Source: Lepidodermella squamata (Eukaryota > Animalia > Gastrotricha). Taken from it: a DNA stretch of 64,000 nucleotides. Shown one piece after another: positions 36,989-48,623 of the stretch (positions within the stretch are counted from its first letter, which is position 1; each line of letters starts with the position of its first letter). A program made the translations under genes and the position numbers. The notes under the pieces were generated by a model. The model saw only the letters and a program-made list of their open reading frames with translations, was not told the origin of the DNA and made no database searches. The stretch spans positions 992,001 to 1,056,000 of the forward strand of contig JBLDXI010000025.1 in the NCBI GenBank assembly GCA_047495785.1. The letters run 5' to 3'.

Positions 36989-37958
36989 TTAGGCCTTGAC
37001 GTAAGGCGTTTTCAGATTATAATTTCCAGCAGGGCCATAGTTGCAAGCAATAAGGACTTGATCCTTAGTCTTGTAACCATTGAAAGGACTTTCGGCGACA
37101 GGGGGGCTGCAAACAGCCACTCCACATCCAATATGAGTCGTGTTGTCCCACACAAGTTGCGTGTAGTGACCGACGACCTTGCCATTGATAGAGCCAGTGC
37201 CGTGTTTGAAGTCGATTCGCTCATCGGCCCAAAGGTCGATAGCGTCGATGATAACACGGCTAACGTCGAATGGTGCAGTTGCAAGGTAGAGATTCTGACC
37301 AACAGCCGACCAGCCCTGTTTATTCAGATTCGTGCGATTTTTCCCAGCATCATGGCTGTAATTGCACTGCGCTGCCCATCTGAAAGGTCCGAGAATACTA
37401 AGTACTTCAAATAGATTTTTCACGCTTCCTACCTTTCTGCAGTTGCTGCAAGATCATCATCCCATTGGAGAATGGCCATGCTTCTAGCTTTGGGATCAAC
37501 ATTTTGACGCCAGCAGTTGTGGCGGTCGACGGCTTGACTCTGTGAAACAGCGACCAAATCCTTGAGATTAGCAGCGTCCTCCAAACACCGAGATGGGGCA
37601 TCATAACCTCCTTTGTTACATTGATTCTGAGAAAAACAATGAAGCACGTCATAACTCAAAAGAATGAATTCCTAACCCCTCTTCTTGGACCGCTGTATGG
37701 GCCTACGTATGGCAAATTTTCTTGGCAAGGAGCGTTTTCGAAACCCTTACAAACAGGAACAGGCTGAAGCCATGCCCCATTAACGCATTGAATGGTCCCG
37801 CCACCACCTGACTGACAGGTGTAGGTCACAAACATGCCTTGGCTGTTTGATTTCCATGATGACTTGTAGCCACCAGGAATGCGCTCAGGAACAGCAGGGC
37901 AGCTAACTGCAGCTTCAACGGCTACCAAAGCAGATGCTAGGATGAAAGCTGAAATCAT
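36989..37958 (-). CDS. Secreted Sushi/CCP + CAP (SCP/TAPS) domain protein; exons 37958-37677, 37626-37433, 37379-36989
   Basis: Signal peptide; CCP-like C...YTC...C.NGAW..PVPVC; CAP motifs HNCWR, LQWDDDLAATAERWA, GQNLY, GHYTQLVWDNTTHIGCG, CNYGPAGN. Confidence 0.9.
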
Positions 37959-38126
37959 TTTTTTCTTGGGCGAAACAAGTGTCGCTTTTTCTCGGGCAGT
38001 GTCTCGCTGAGTAAATAATACGGCTAATATGTATTCAACTGTGGAAACAAGTGGGGTTAAGCACGATTTGAGTAAATTGGCTATTATATAACACTTTTTA
38101 TTAGAAAAAATAACGACCAGGCATCA

Positions 38127-41100
38127 TTAGAAAAATGTAGAATCACCGTCGCTTTTTGACTCTATGAAAGATGTGGTTGAGGCCTCAGTCGCTGTTCCTG
38201 AAGAATTTCCAGGCGACAAAGACAGCTTGCGTTTTAGCTTGGCGAGGCCAGACAACTTTTGACATGTCAAACGGCGCTTGGCCGCTCTGACTAATTTCGG
38301 GCTAAGGCTCTGCAGAAGCGGGCTAATAGCTGCGTTGAAATAGACAAAGCCTAGGGCGATAACAAAGTAAGAAGATTGTGTTGAATAGCGGTAAGTGCCT
38401 ATGGCTTGATATATGGTCACGGCATTGATTGGAGTCGAACAAACTGGAAAAAATGAAATAACATTTATTGAAATTGAAAGTTTTAATGAGCTTACCAATG
38501 AAAAGCACGACGATTATAATCATAAGCTTGGTCAGAAAAACTTCCCGCCTTCTGCATCTAGCATAGGCTGCTGAGGCCGAGTGGAGCCGATCTCGGAAGT
38601 TTGAAGTTTGACTCGAATTACTAAGTTTAGCCTTGAAGAAAGTCGAAGCCACTGTTGCGAATGATACATTCTGCTCCAGTCCAGCTATCGAGTTCGACTT
38701 CTGCCTTTTGAAGATGATAGGCTCTCTAAAGCTATTGTTCGTTGTACTGGCAGACTCTTTCAGCAGAGGTGAGGACGACTGCCTTTCACCCATTGACGAA
38801 CTTGAGTTCAGAGGTGCGTTCGATATTGGCTCTGGTAACGAAGATCTACTTCGAGGATTGAACTTTTTCGTCATTGCTCGTATTGAAGACATTATTCTCA
38901 GATAATTCACAAGGATCAGCGGAACTGGAACCAATACAGTTGCAATCAGCAAGGTCCCGGCTTGAATTGCGGATCCTGAAGTGGAGCGCTGGCCTCCTAA
39001 AGGAATGCGCCAGTTGAAAACGGAACAAACGTGAACCATGTCGTCATCAGCTCCAAATTTCGCACCGGGGACTTTTACCTGCCTCACCTCTGCAACGCCC
39101 ATGACGAAGTAAGGAATCGACCAGATAGATATGTCCATTATAGCGAGAACTGATAATATATGAGATTCTTATTCGGCACCTTTCGGCACCTTTCGGCACC
39201 ATTCGGCACCATTCGGCACCCGTCGGCACCCTTCGGCACCCTTCGGCACCATCTGCCTTAACTACCGCTTACACACCGCGGCAAGACAGTAGCGCGCGCA
39301 GATGACATATAATTACGCAAGAAAATTACTTATCTAATGCGTATCGCTTACATGTACATACATTGTCATAGGAAATAAATAAGTACAAGTAAGATGTTTA
39401 CGCTGTTTAGCGCTTTTTTCCAATCTAGGCGCGCGTATTTTGTTACGAACAAAGGCGCGCAGTAATCGCCGGTTACGGCATAGGTAGCCAGTTACGGCAT
39501 AATTAGCAGGTTACGGCAACTCGCTATTCGCAGAGCAGGGAATAACAGCCGTTGAAAAAGTATTTGTGCATTATGTATAGCGCATTATTTGAATTTTGCC
39601 AATATTCCTTCCGTTTTGAAATACACGCGGTTTTTACCTGCTGTGAAACAGTGCGATATCCAACCCATTCTATCCAAATTTCATGAATATCGTTTATTTT
39701 AGAAATCCCTGTCCATAAATCCTTTCCGCGCTGACGTTACCATCTCGGATCCCTAGATGCTGCATATACTCCTAGCATGCCTATAACAAATTTATTCTTC
39801 CATTCATTATTGAGCAGTGTTTTCATGAGACGTACTATGAGATGTCGTAGCTTGGAGAAAAGCAGAAGAACAGGGATTTTTTTATAATTTTTGCGATCTT
39901 GAGCTTTCATCATCATCATCTTTGAGGGATTGCGGGCTTCGAAGCCGCAGCGCCTATATGAAATACGTCTCATGATTTTTGTCTGGCCCATGCTATCACT
40001 ATCTTTTTAAATGGTTTCGCAATCGCTGCACATTTTTTTCGCATTTTTTGATGCGCTAACCGTTATCGTTTCAATAGCAATTTTTTCTCCTCCGAGCCTT
40101 GTTATTACCGTATTACCGCGCTTCGAGTGTCATTCCACTATAGCTCGTTTTATAGTGACATGTCACTATGCCCCGTTTATAGTGACATGCCAGATTAAAT
40201 TTCAATGCAAAACATTAGGTGCCACTATAATCGAGGTAAATGAAAACCTGTCAAAAACCATGTTTCACTTTATAGTGGCATGACACTCAAAGCGCGGTAA
40301 TACGGTATGCATCTTCTTACTTAAATTTTATCGTAAAACTGTATTGCTCTCAAGCTCTGATTTCCAGGCTTCAGAAAGCAAAGGAAAGCTTTTTGTTGAA
40401 TCTGTTGACAGTTCAAATCAGCTTCAAATTATAATAAATGAAGAGAGAATTGAGATAAGGTCGTGTTGAAAGTTTGTTTGTCTTGATTTGAGTCGAATTT
40501 TGCCACCATTTGGTCAGGTCGACAACCCCTCCGATGTCATTCTGATGTGGGTCCTATGATTCCAATAGTATTGAGTTAGCAGTTAGCATGTGCTCTTTGG
40601 TCTTTGGTATCTTCACTTTGTGCGATTGAAATGGTAGGAAAAGTTATTTTTGCGTTAGCTATAATCTTGCTCCTACTAAAACTGTGTGTCACTACAACTC
40701 TTGGTTGGTTCTAGGTTGGAACGCGGTGCGGAATGAGGTTGAAATTTGAGTGGCGGATTGATTTCACCTCTGATATCTAGACGAATTGAATGTCCGCTAA
40801 AGCACATATGACTAATTAAAGAATCCGTTTCGTCCCATTGGAAGCTGAATGAGCCAGTACTATACCCGGGTCGCAGTTGAAATTTTATGCGAAAAACGGT
40901 ATTCGGTCTGCCAGTACAATATTTCAAAAGGGAGGAAGTAATTAGCCGGCAGATTCAAAGCTCTAAAATTTGGGATCGTTTAGGCCGGCGTTAGTCAGGG
41001 TGCCTTCCCAATATACGTTACTCATAGCGAAGAATTGACCTATTTGTGGCAGAATCCATTAAAAGACACCGCTTCTCCCGCCAAAAACGTGAGGAAGCGA

Positions 41101-42232
41101 AGCCTAAATCATTTCCTGTTGTAAGAATAGCAATGAAGTTAGATACGCTCACTTGCTATGCCAAGTGCTTTTATGTGAAAGATTCCTGATTCGCCACAAC
41201 CTTGACCAGAACAGCATGAGAATTCGCTCAGGGTTTTGAAGCAAAGACGCGAGATTCCAACGACATTTCGTAAAATCACGTTTATCAGAAGCTAGCGCCG
41301 CAAAAGAAATTATTATTCAAAAAAATGCTGAGCCTTTAGCAGCTACGAGCTACATCAGCATTCGGTGCCTAGTGGTCGCGCTTGTATTAAAAAATGTGCG
41401 GTTGAAATAATTTAAAGGTTCCAACATGGCTCTAAGCACGGCTTTCCTGATTGATTTGAATAAAATAAAATAAAATGCAAATAGTACGCTGATGACATGA
41501 CCTCTTGCCATTTTATCTATCTTTTTCAGCCAAATGCTAACGTTGCAGGAGTGTATTAATAAAAACGGTACTAAATAGACAACAGTCTAGCTTCTTCCCC
41601 ACCTTTTAAAGATATTTTCAGCACCGCATAGCGTTGATTCGTCGAATACCGCAGTAAATTTGAAGATTCTGCTTTCCGTGCCAAAAATATAAAAAGCTGC
41701 CCACGAATTATCTAACTGATAGAGTCACTGCGACAAATTGCATTGTTAGCTGTTTAGATTTGTCGCGATTTGTTATACAAATCCTGCGTTCAATGCTTAT
41801 GAGGCACATTATCCAGAACGACATGCAGACAGTGGCAATGGAGCCGTAGAACCAAGTTACGCAGCCCCATTCGCCTAGAGGCCAATCGTCGGATAGGCGA
41901 ACTATCGCCACCATCAAACCAAGGAGACAAAATGCGATGTTACAAGTTGCCAAAGCGATGACAAGGAGCAGGAAAGCTGGTCGAACTTTACGTTGTTTGA
42001 AGTTGTAGACTGCAAGAATGTTAGAAGGAATTCCAGCTAAGCATATGATTCCTATCACCGCTGCCTCCAAAAACGGCAGGAAGAAGTTGTCGCGATTCAA
42101 TTGAGTTAGGAACAAGAACCACCATCTAGGTTCAGGCCAGCCGCGTTCCGGAAGAGCCGTGCAAATCCACGACTGGCCAACAGCACCTCCCGCATCGAGC
42201 GGGCATGGTTGTGACAAATTTTGTTTCGACAT
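38127..42232 (-). CDS. Class A (rhodopsin-like) orphan GPCR; segments 42232-~41717, ~39150-38496, 38443-38127; first junction does not splice in frame canonically
   Basis: TM1 GIPSN, ECL1 DWPLGEWGC, TM3 ISIERR, TM4 WSIP, TM5 VPVPLILVNYLRI, TM6 FIVCSTP, TM7 FNAAISP. Confidence 0.8.
39172..39250. repeat. 10-bp minisatellite (nTTCGGCACC) x8
   Basis: Directly visible at the edge of the GPCR interruption. Confidence 0.9.
40106..40307. mobile_element. 202-bp pogo-type MITE
   Basis: TACCGTATTACCGCGCTTCGAGTGTCATTCCACTATA at the left and its reverse complement (2 mismatches) ending ...GGTAATACGGTA at the right; TA flanks; same TACCGTA terminus as the right end of the 95-543 element. Confidence 0.85.
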
Positions 42233-43160
42233 GCCACACCATGAAATGGAATGGAAAACCTATAGAATCGAGTCAGCCAAAAGCGGAAGTTTATAAATTA
42301 TTAAAATGCGCAATGTAGTTAATAAAAAATGAGGAAGCCAATGGCAATTGGCAACATCTGCTGGGTGGCTGGATTTTTAGTGATAAAACAATGATTAGTT
42401 CGGCGTTCACTTATCTCGAACGTGATATTCCAATGCTCCCGTTAACCTTTTCAAAATCGATAAAATTCAGATTTTTTCATAAGAAATTCGGCCTAGTAAT
42501 TGAGTAACTGAGAAGGCTATGGAGCCGTGACACAAAATCAATGGTGTGGAAAAATTGGTGAATACTGCGACGTGGGCAGCAATATAATACACTCTTATTG
42601 ATTTAAATATAAAAACAATGATATATGTTTATTCCGAAACGTAATTCCGCACTTCCGTAGGTCTGCGGGATCTCAAAAACATCCGTTCTATCTGCGTCTG
42701 ATTATTGCAATCATTTAATAAAAGCAAACAACGCGGGGCTGGAAATTAAATTTTCGGTCATTCAAGCCCGGATAACAAGTTGGGAGTAACTTTCTAAAAT
42801 GCGTCTTAATTTTGCATTCAATTGATTCATAATCTATGCGCATGGGCTAAATATAAGTATATACTAAATATATTGACTATGTTTTTTAATCTAGTTAGCC
42901 GAATCGCGCTTTTGATTCATTTATACAAGTTATGAGTCAGAACATGCCGGCAAGTTGTTTTTTTAAGAAAATGTATAACAGAACAAATTGAACAAAGAGC
43001 TGATGAAAAAAATCGCAATTTGTGTGCAGCTTTGTTATGATAGCTGCTGCGGTCATTGTTCCGCATATATTGCGTGGGGCTGACCGGCAAGCTGAAATCA
43101 CGATTTTTCCACGAAATAATAGACCTGAGACCAGGAAACCGAGAAATTAAAACACCGCCA

Positions 43161-44562
43161 ATGCTTGTTACACTGACCTTGGTCTTTATCGCATCTGGCA
43201 TAGCAGATGCATGCCAGGGGACGTCTTCTCGTGCGTTATCTAGAGCCCAGAGTGCGGACAATCTCGGTCTAGCTGATGCTAACGCAGTGTGGACGCCTAC
43301 GACTACAACGTCTACGTCGATGGGAACACAGTCCCAGAGCATGACGACGACAACAACAACGACTAGAGCGCCCCCTGCAACTTTGTGGACATGGATGCCA
43401 CCAACACTTAACGTCACTTTGTTTACAAACACTGCCGCTCCTACCACGACTGCTTCTTCCACAATGATGACTATGAATGGTTCAACAGTTTCCACACCGA
43501 CAACTAGCTCATCTGCAAGAACCTCCACAGTAGCTTCGACAGTAGTTTCAACCACGGTCACTCAACCGTCTCCAACTACGACGCAGACTTCTACCACAAC
43601 CGCTACACCTGTGGTTTGCGGCAGGACTAGATATTCTGAAGGAGTCACTGCGAGGATCGTAGGCGGGGATAATGCTCGGCCAGGCGAATTTCCGTGGCAA
43701 GCTCAGTTGCGAATCTACGATGTGACCAACAACAGAAGACTCGGCTGTGGAGGAACTCTGATTCACCCTTTATGGGTAATTTAAGGATAATTTGAGGAGT
43801 TATTAGTAAATATATCGTTAGGCTGAAGTGTTCTAGACTAATTTTATCTGACATTTTCGAATAATCACAGGTATTAACCGCTGGTCATTGTTGTCTCAGC
43901 GAATCAACGATCTTGGTCAGTTTGGGGGATTCGTCAGATCGATACGAACTACCAGCTTTACAAGCAATCCGACATCCCCAGTTCTCGCAAAATCTCACCG
44001 GGCTAACGAATGATATATGCCTACTGAAAATCAGAGGTTGTAATATTCTTTTTTCTTGTCCATTTCATAATGCTTGGCTCAAATTTCAGAGCCTAACATG
44101 ACATCATGGTCAATCAGACCAATTTGCCTTCCTTCCGATTGTGGACCTTCCAGCGAATGCCAGCCGGGTCAAAATGTTGTCCTATCAGGATTCGGTTTGA
44201 CAGAAACAAGTATGCCGCTGTATAACTGATCACTCTGATATCATTTTTCGTTTTCTTTAGATGGTAACTCTAGCGCCCAACTGAAATACGTGCAAAATCA
44301 AGTGGTTTCAAGAGAGCGATGTTCGAGATACTGGACCCAAATTGATGACTCAAAACTATGCGCTGGGGGTGAATGGGGAAAGGGTGTTTGTAACGGCGAC
44401 TCTGGAGGACCAGCGGCTTGCAACATAGACGGCCGCTATGTCTTGAATGGCGTTGTTTCCTATGGCTCAGTTTTCGGATGTGCTCTCAACGAGCTGCCAG
44501 CCATTTTCGAGCGAGTCTGTTTCTACATAAATTGGATACGCTCTATAACTGGCTTGTCTTAA
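43161..44562 (+). CDS. Secreted S1A serine protease D with Thr/Ser stalk; exons 43161-43775, 43871-44036, 44090-44209, 44261-44562
   Basis: Signal peptide MLVTLTLVFIASGIADA; AR|IVGG; TAGHCC, NDICLL, GDSGGP; intron positions as in protease C. Confidence 0.9.
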
Positions 44563-44870
44563 AATGACTTCGTTCAATTTTCGCAGCTGTATTGGTCGTA
44601 ATCTCTATAGAGTTAGTTCTAATTTATTGCCGACAGTCATAGGTAGCCAAGCCCTTTCTACTATTTGTTCTTCCCCCATTTTATTACCTCTATTAGTGCA
44701 AAATACCATGAGTAAACAAGAGTGGGCATATTACAAATAAAAAATGTAGCTGATAATACCAAAAATTTAGCCCAAGAGCGAAGTCGAAGGCCTTATCTTA
44801 TCTGAACTTGAGAAAAAAACACTTCGCCCGACTAGTCACACACAACACAATTTCGACTACCCCAGCAGCA

Positions 44871-47126
44871 ATGTCAACTGAATCTGATTCCACAAAACCG
44901 GCTACAGAAAATGGCGATATTGACGAGCCGGTTGTTGTGTCGCGATGCTCGAGTTCTTCATCGAAGCACGAAGATCCAAAGCCTGAGCTTTTGGAGCCTA
45001 AATCTGTCCACTCTAGCGTGACAACTCTCGACTCGGGGAAAGACAAAATAGCAACGACTTCTGAGGCTACAGCAGCTGCTGAGGGTGATAGTGTCATCAC
45101 AGAGGTGAAACCGAAGAATCAGTCTTTGGGAAGAAGTGGGACGAATGCTTCGATGTCAAGTGCGAGCCGTCTCCAGCGAAAAGAATCAACCCTACGTCAA
45201 TCACTGAGATACCAGATTGGCAGGGCAAATCGAACTCTAACAAGTCGCAAATTCGTCATACTGCGCCAGAAGTCGATATTCTCCGACCCTAGTCAGATCG
45301 AGATAATGAAAACTGGCAGAGATTATGACGCTGCGGCTCTGCTCGATGAGGCTGGACTTGACGTCGACGCTCGGGCTGAAGATGGGAAAACTGGCCTGAT
45401 GTTCGCCTTGGAAAAGAATAATCAAAGCGTTCTCAACTTTTTGATTGATCGAAAAGCTGACGTCCGGGCTAAGGATAACGCTGGTAAAACTGTTCTGATG
45501 TACGCTGCAGAAGGTTCAGACCCTGCAACTGTTAAACGAGTCATATCCCGCGGGGCCAAGGCGAAAATCAATGAGAAGAACGCTGAAAATGGGATGACAG
45601 CCCTTATGTACGCAGCTTCACGGGGTAAAATCGACAACATTGAGCTATTGCTGAGAAAAGGGGCTCAACTTGAAGCAACTGATGCTAAAGGCATAACTGC
45701 TCTTGGAGTCGCAGCTTTTGGCGGTTTCCTTGACCTGGTCAAGTATTTTGTCGAAATTCGAGGTGCTGATATTAATGGAGCTAATGAAGCGGCTAATGGC
45801 CCGACTCCACTGATGATGGCTGCCCAGGGTGGCCATCTTCAAGTTTTGATTTATCTGTTCGAAAAAGACGTGGCCATCAATGCAGTTGACCAGAATGGAA
45901 TGACAGCTGGTATGCATGCTTCAATGGGTGGAAACGTTGAAGTTCTAGCGAAAATTCTCGAACATGGTGGAAGCTCTGGTCAGTTGGCGAACTCTGAAAC
46001 AGACAGCAAGGGCATGACTTGCCTCATGCATGCCGCATCTTCCGGCCACGAAAAAGCTATCAGATGGTTTATGGATAAAATTCCGGATTTGGTGAACGAT
46101 AACGGCAGGGCACTTGATAGGACACGCATGACTGCTCTGATGCATGCAGCGTCCAATGGTAAACTTGAAGCTTCAAAGGCATTGATCGAAGTTGCAGGCT
46201 CTTCTCTGACGGCTTTTGATGCTAAAGGCATGACCCCGTTCCTTCACGCTTCACAAAACGGCCATGTCGCGGTCATGGATTACCTTGCGTCGCTTAACCG
46301 TGAAATCTTTTCAGCTGCCGACACTTTCGGGCGGAATTCGCTGATGCTAGCTGCGATTGAAGGCCACTGCAACGCGATTGTGTGGTTTGATGAAGATGTT
46401 CTTCAAGACCTGGCGTCGAAACGAGATACATCTGGAATGACTGCTCTTATGCACGCGGCGAGAAATGGGAAAGAAACTGCGGTGAAACTTCTGATCCCTC
46501 ACAGTGATGTTCAAGCTTTGGATGTAGCTGGTATGAACCCGTTGATGCATGCATGTTCGTCGGCTGAAATCAGCCGAGCATCCTTGGCGGAAGCTTTGTT
46601 GTCTGCTGGCTGTGATCTCACTTCAGTTGACTCATCTGGTAGGACCTCTCTGGTCCACGCTGTTACATTTGGCAACTTACCCTTGGTCCGACTTTTGATT
46701 TCGAAGGGTAGTAACGTCTCAGCGGCTGATTTTGATCGGAAGACTGTGTTAATGTATGCAAGTGAACATGGTTCTGTGGAAATTGTTCGAGCCATAATCG
46801 AGGCAAGTAAGAACCGAACAGTTGAGACTTCTGCTGTCGACCGTCAACGCCGAACGGCTTTGATCTACGCTGCCAAACGAGGCCATTCTGAAGTAGTGAA
46901 GCTACTAATTGATCGAGGTCTTTCTGAGAAAGATGCTGTTGATTTCGAGGGCATGACTCCATTGATGCATGCTGCAGCTCAGGGCTATGAAGAGGTTGTG
47001 AAGGAGCTGTTGGCGAGGAAGGTTAACAAGAATGCTGAAGACCACGCTGGTCGAACTGCGGCGAAACACGCACGAGAAAATAAGCATTGGAAAATTGTCA
47101 TGAAGCTAGCGACGCATTTTGGATAA
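44871..47126 (+). CDS. Intronless ankyrin-repeat protein (~17 repeats) with Ser/Thr-rich N-terminus
   Basis: Repeated D..G(M/K/R)T(A/P)LM(H/Y)AA..G units; ATG at 44871. Confidence 0.9.
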   Translation: MSTESDSTKPATENGDIDEPVVVSRCSSSSSKHEDPKPELLEPKSVHSSVTTLDSGKDKIATTSEATAAAEGDSVITEVKPKNQSLGRSGTNASMSSASRLQRKESTLRQSLRYQIGRANRTLTSRKFVILRQKSIFSDPSQIEIMKTGRDYDAAALLDEAGLDVDARAEDGKTGLMFALEKNNQSVLNFLIDRKADVRAKDNAGKTVLMYAAEGSDPATVKRVISRGAKAKINEKNAENGMTALMYAASRGKIDNIELLLRKGAQLEATDAKGITALGVAAFGGFLDLVKYFVEIRGADINGANEAANGPTPLMMAAQGGHLQVLIYLFEKDVAINAVDQNGMTAGMHASMGGNVEVLAKILEHGGSSGQLANSETDSKGMTCLMHAASSGHEKAIRWFMDKIPDLVNDNGRALDRTRMTALMHAASNGKLEASKALIEVAGSSLTAFDAKGMTPFLHASQNGHVAVMDYLASLNREIFSAADTFGRNSLMLAAIEGHCNAIVWFDEDVLQDLASKRDTSGMTALMHAARNGKETAVKLLIPHSDVQALDVAGMNPLMHACSSAEISRASLAEALLSAGCDLTSVDSSGRTSLVHAVTFGNLPLVRLLISKGSNVSAADFDRKTVLMYASEHGSVEIVRAIIEASKNRTVETSAVDRQRRTALIYAAKRGHSEVVKLLIDRGLSEKDAVDFEGMTPLMHAAAQGYEEVVKELLARKVNKNAEDHAGRTAAKHARENKHWKIVMKLATHFG

Positions 47127-47759
47127 TTACAGCCTTTAATCGTTCGTTTTTAACAATTGAAGTTTGATTCTATTGATTCCAAGGCCAATACCTATGATCA
47201 CATTGATAAAGCTGGTTAATCAAGATATCCTCTCAGTAAACATAAGCTATAATGTCATGCGTTTTGATTGAAGCAACAACAGCCAAAGGAGAATTTGACA
47301 TTGATTGATATTAACTATTCCTGGGGTGTATTTTTACATTCCTCGCGTCGCCCGGGTCAGCCCGCCGGATTTCACGGGCAAGCAATAAAAAATCCGATGT
47401 ACCCACCTCCCATGCTCCCCCATGCTCCCAATTGATAAACCCCTTTAGGAGCAGTTGATTGTGTTCTGTTAGAAAGAAAATCATCAAGCATGAATCAATT
47501 TTATAATAAAAAGGCAGATAGTCGACATGATGCCGTTTTATTCAAATCGTTGATACTGATACTGATACTGATTTTACCTCACATTTCGTCTCAACGCATT
47601 GAGCCATTAGCTACTGTTGAGCTTTGGGCCCTCAAAATGCGCCCAGCCAAGCACCTTCGCAAAGTGGCAACGATTAAGCACACGCTTCGAATACTGCGTT
47701 TTTCAGAAAAGACCAAGAAGAACCGGGACCGGTAAAAAAACAGTTATCAACTCAGCAAT

Positions 47760-48623
47760 CAGAAATCAGGCCAATTTATACACAAGATTCCAGCTAATTT
47801 TCGAGTGATAAGTTGACTGAATGAATGAGATTAAATGATACTTTGAACACATAAGGATTGATAACGATTGAAGAGGGTGTTTCAGGGTAAAAATTGTGAA
47901 AAAAAACGATGAAAAAGTGAGCAGTGTAATCTTGGAATGTCAATGGCCACCGCTAATTCAAGACTTTTTCAGAGATAGAATGGCGCAATTTTTAATGGAT
48001 AACCAGAAAATGACAAAATATAGACATAGCTGGCAGTACAACGTTGAGCTCAAGATTCAACCAAACTTCCGATTGTAAAGAAGATCCAATCGATTCTGAG
48101 ATAAAATGAATTGAACACACAACGTAAGATAAGCTGAAGACGGTGTTTCATGATTAAACACTGTGCAAAAAAAGATGAAAAAGTTAGCAGTGTAGTATTG
48201 GAATGTCAATCGCCACCGGTAATTCAATACTTTTTCAAAGATATAGAAAATCAAAAGACTCAATATTTAATGTTCCAGATAGACCAGAATATTGAAGGTA
48301 TTATGCGTCAAAAATGGCAAAAAGATGACACAATATAGACAGTTGTCACTTAGGTACAACGTTTTGAGACCAGAAATCAGACCAATTGATAAGAAAGATT
48401 CGATAGAATTTACGAGTAAAAAGTAGATTCAATATCTGCGTTATGAAATGAAGAGAACACACAAGGTAAGATACTGATTGAAGAAGATGTTCCATGGTTA
48501 AAAATTGTGCAAAAAAACAATGAAAAATAGTAGATAAGAGCAGTGTCATGTGAATGCGAATCGCCATCCCTTTTCAATTTCTGTTCAGAGATAATAAAGC
48601 GATTGGCGCAGTTTTCCATGGAT
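47760..48623. repeat. Three degenerate tandem copies (~250-300 bp) of the PIWI-1 3' terminus and 3' UTR
   Basis: TGTG(A/C)AAAAAA...GCAGTGT...GAATG...CGCCA...TTCA(G/A)AGATA recurs at ~47891, ~48161 and ~48501; the last copy contains the PIWI-1 stop codon. Confidence 0.75.

Noticed and set aside
44871-47126. Bacterial (endosymbiont) origin of the intronless ankyrin gene
   Set aside because: Neighbouring native genes are also intron-poor and composition looks similar; no evidence without a phylogeny.
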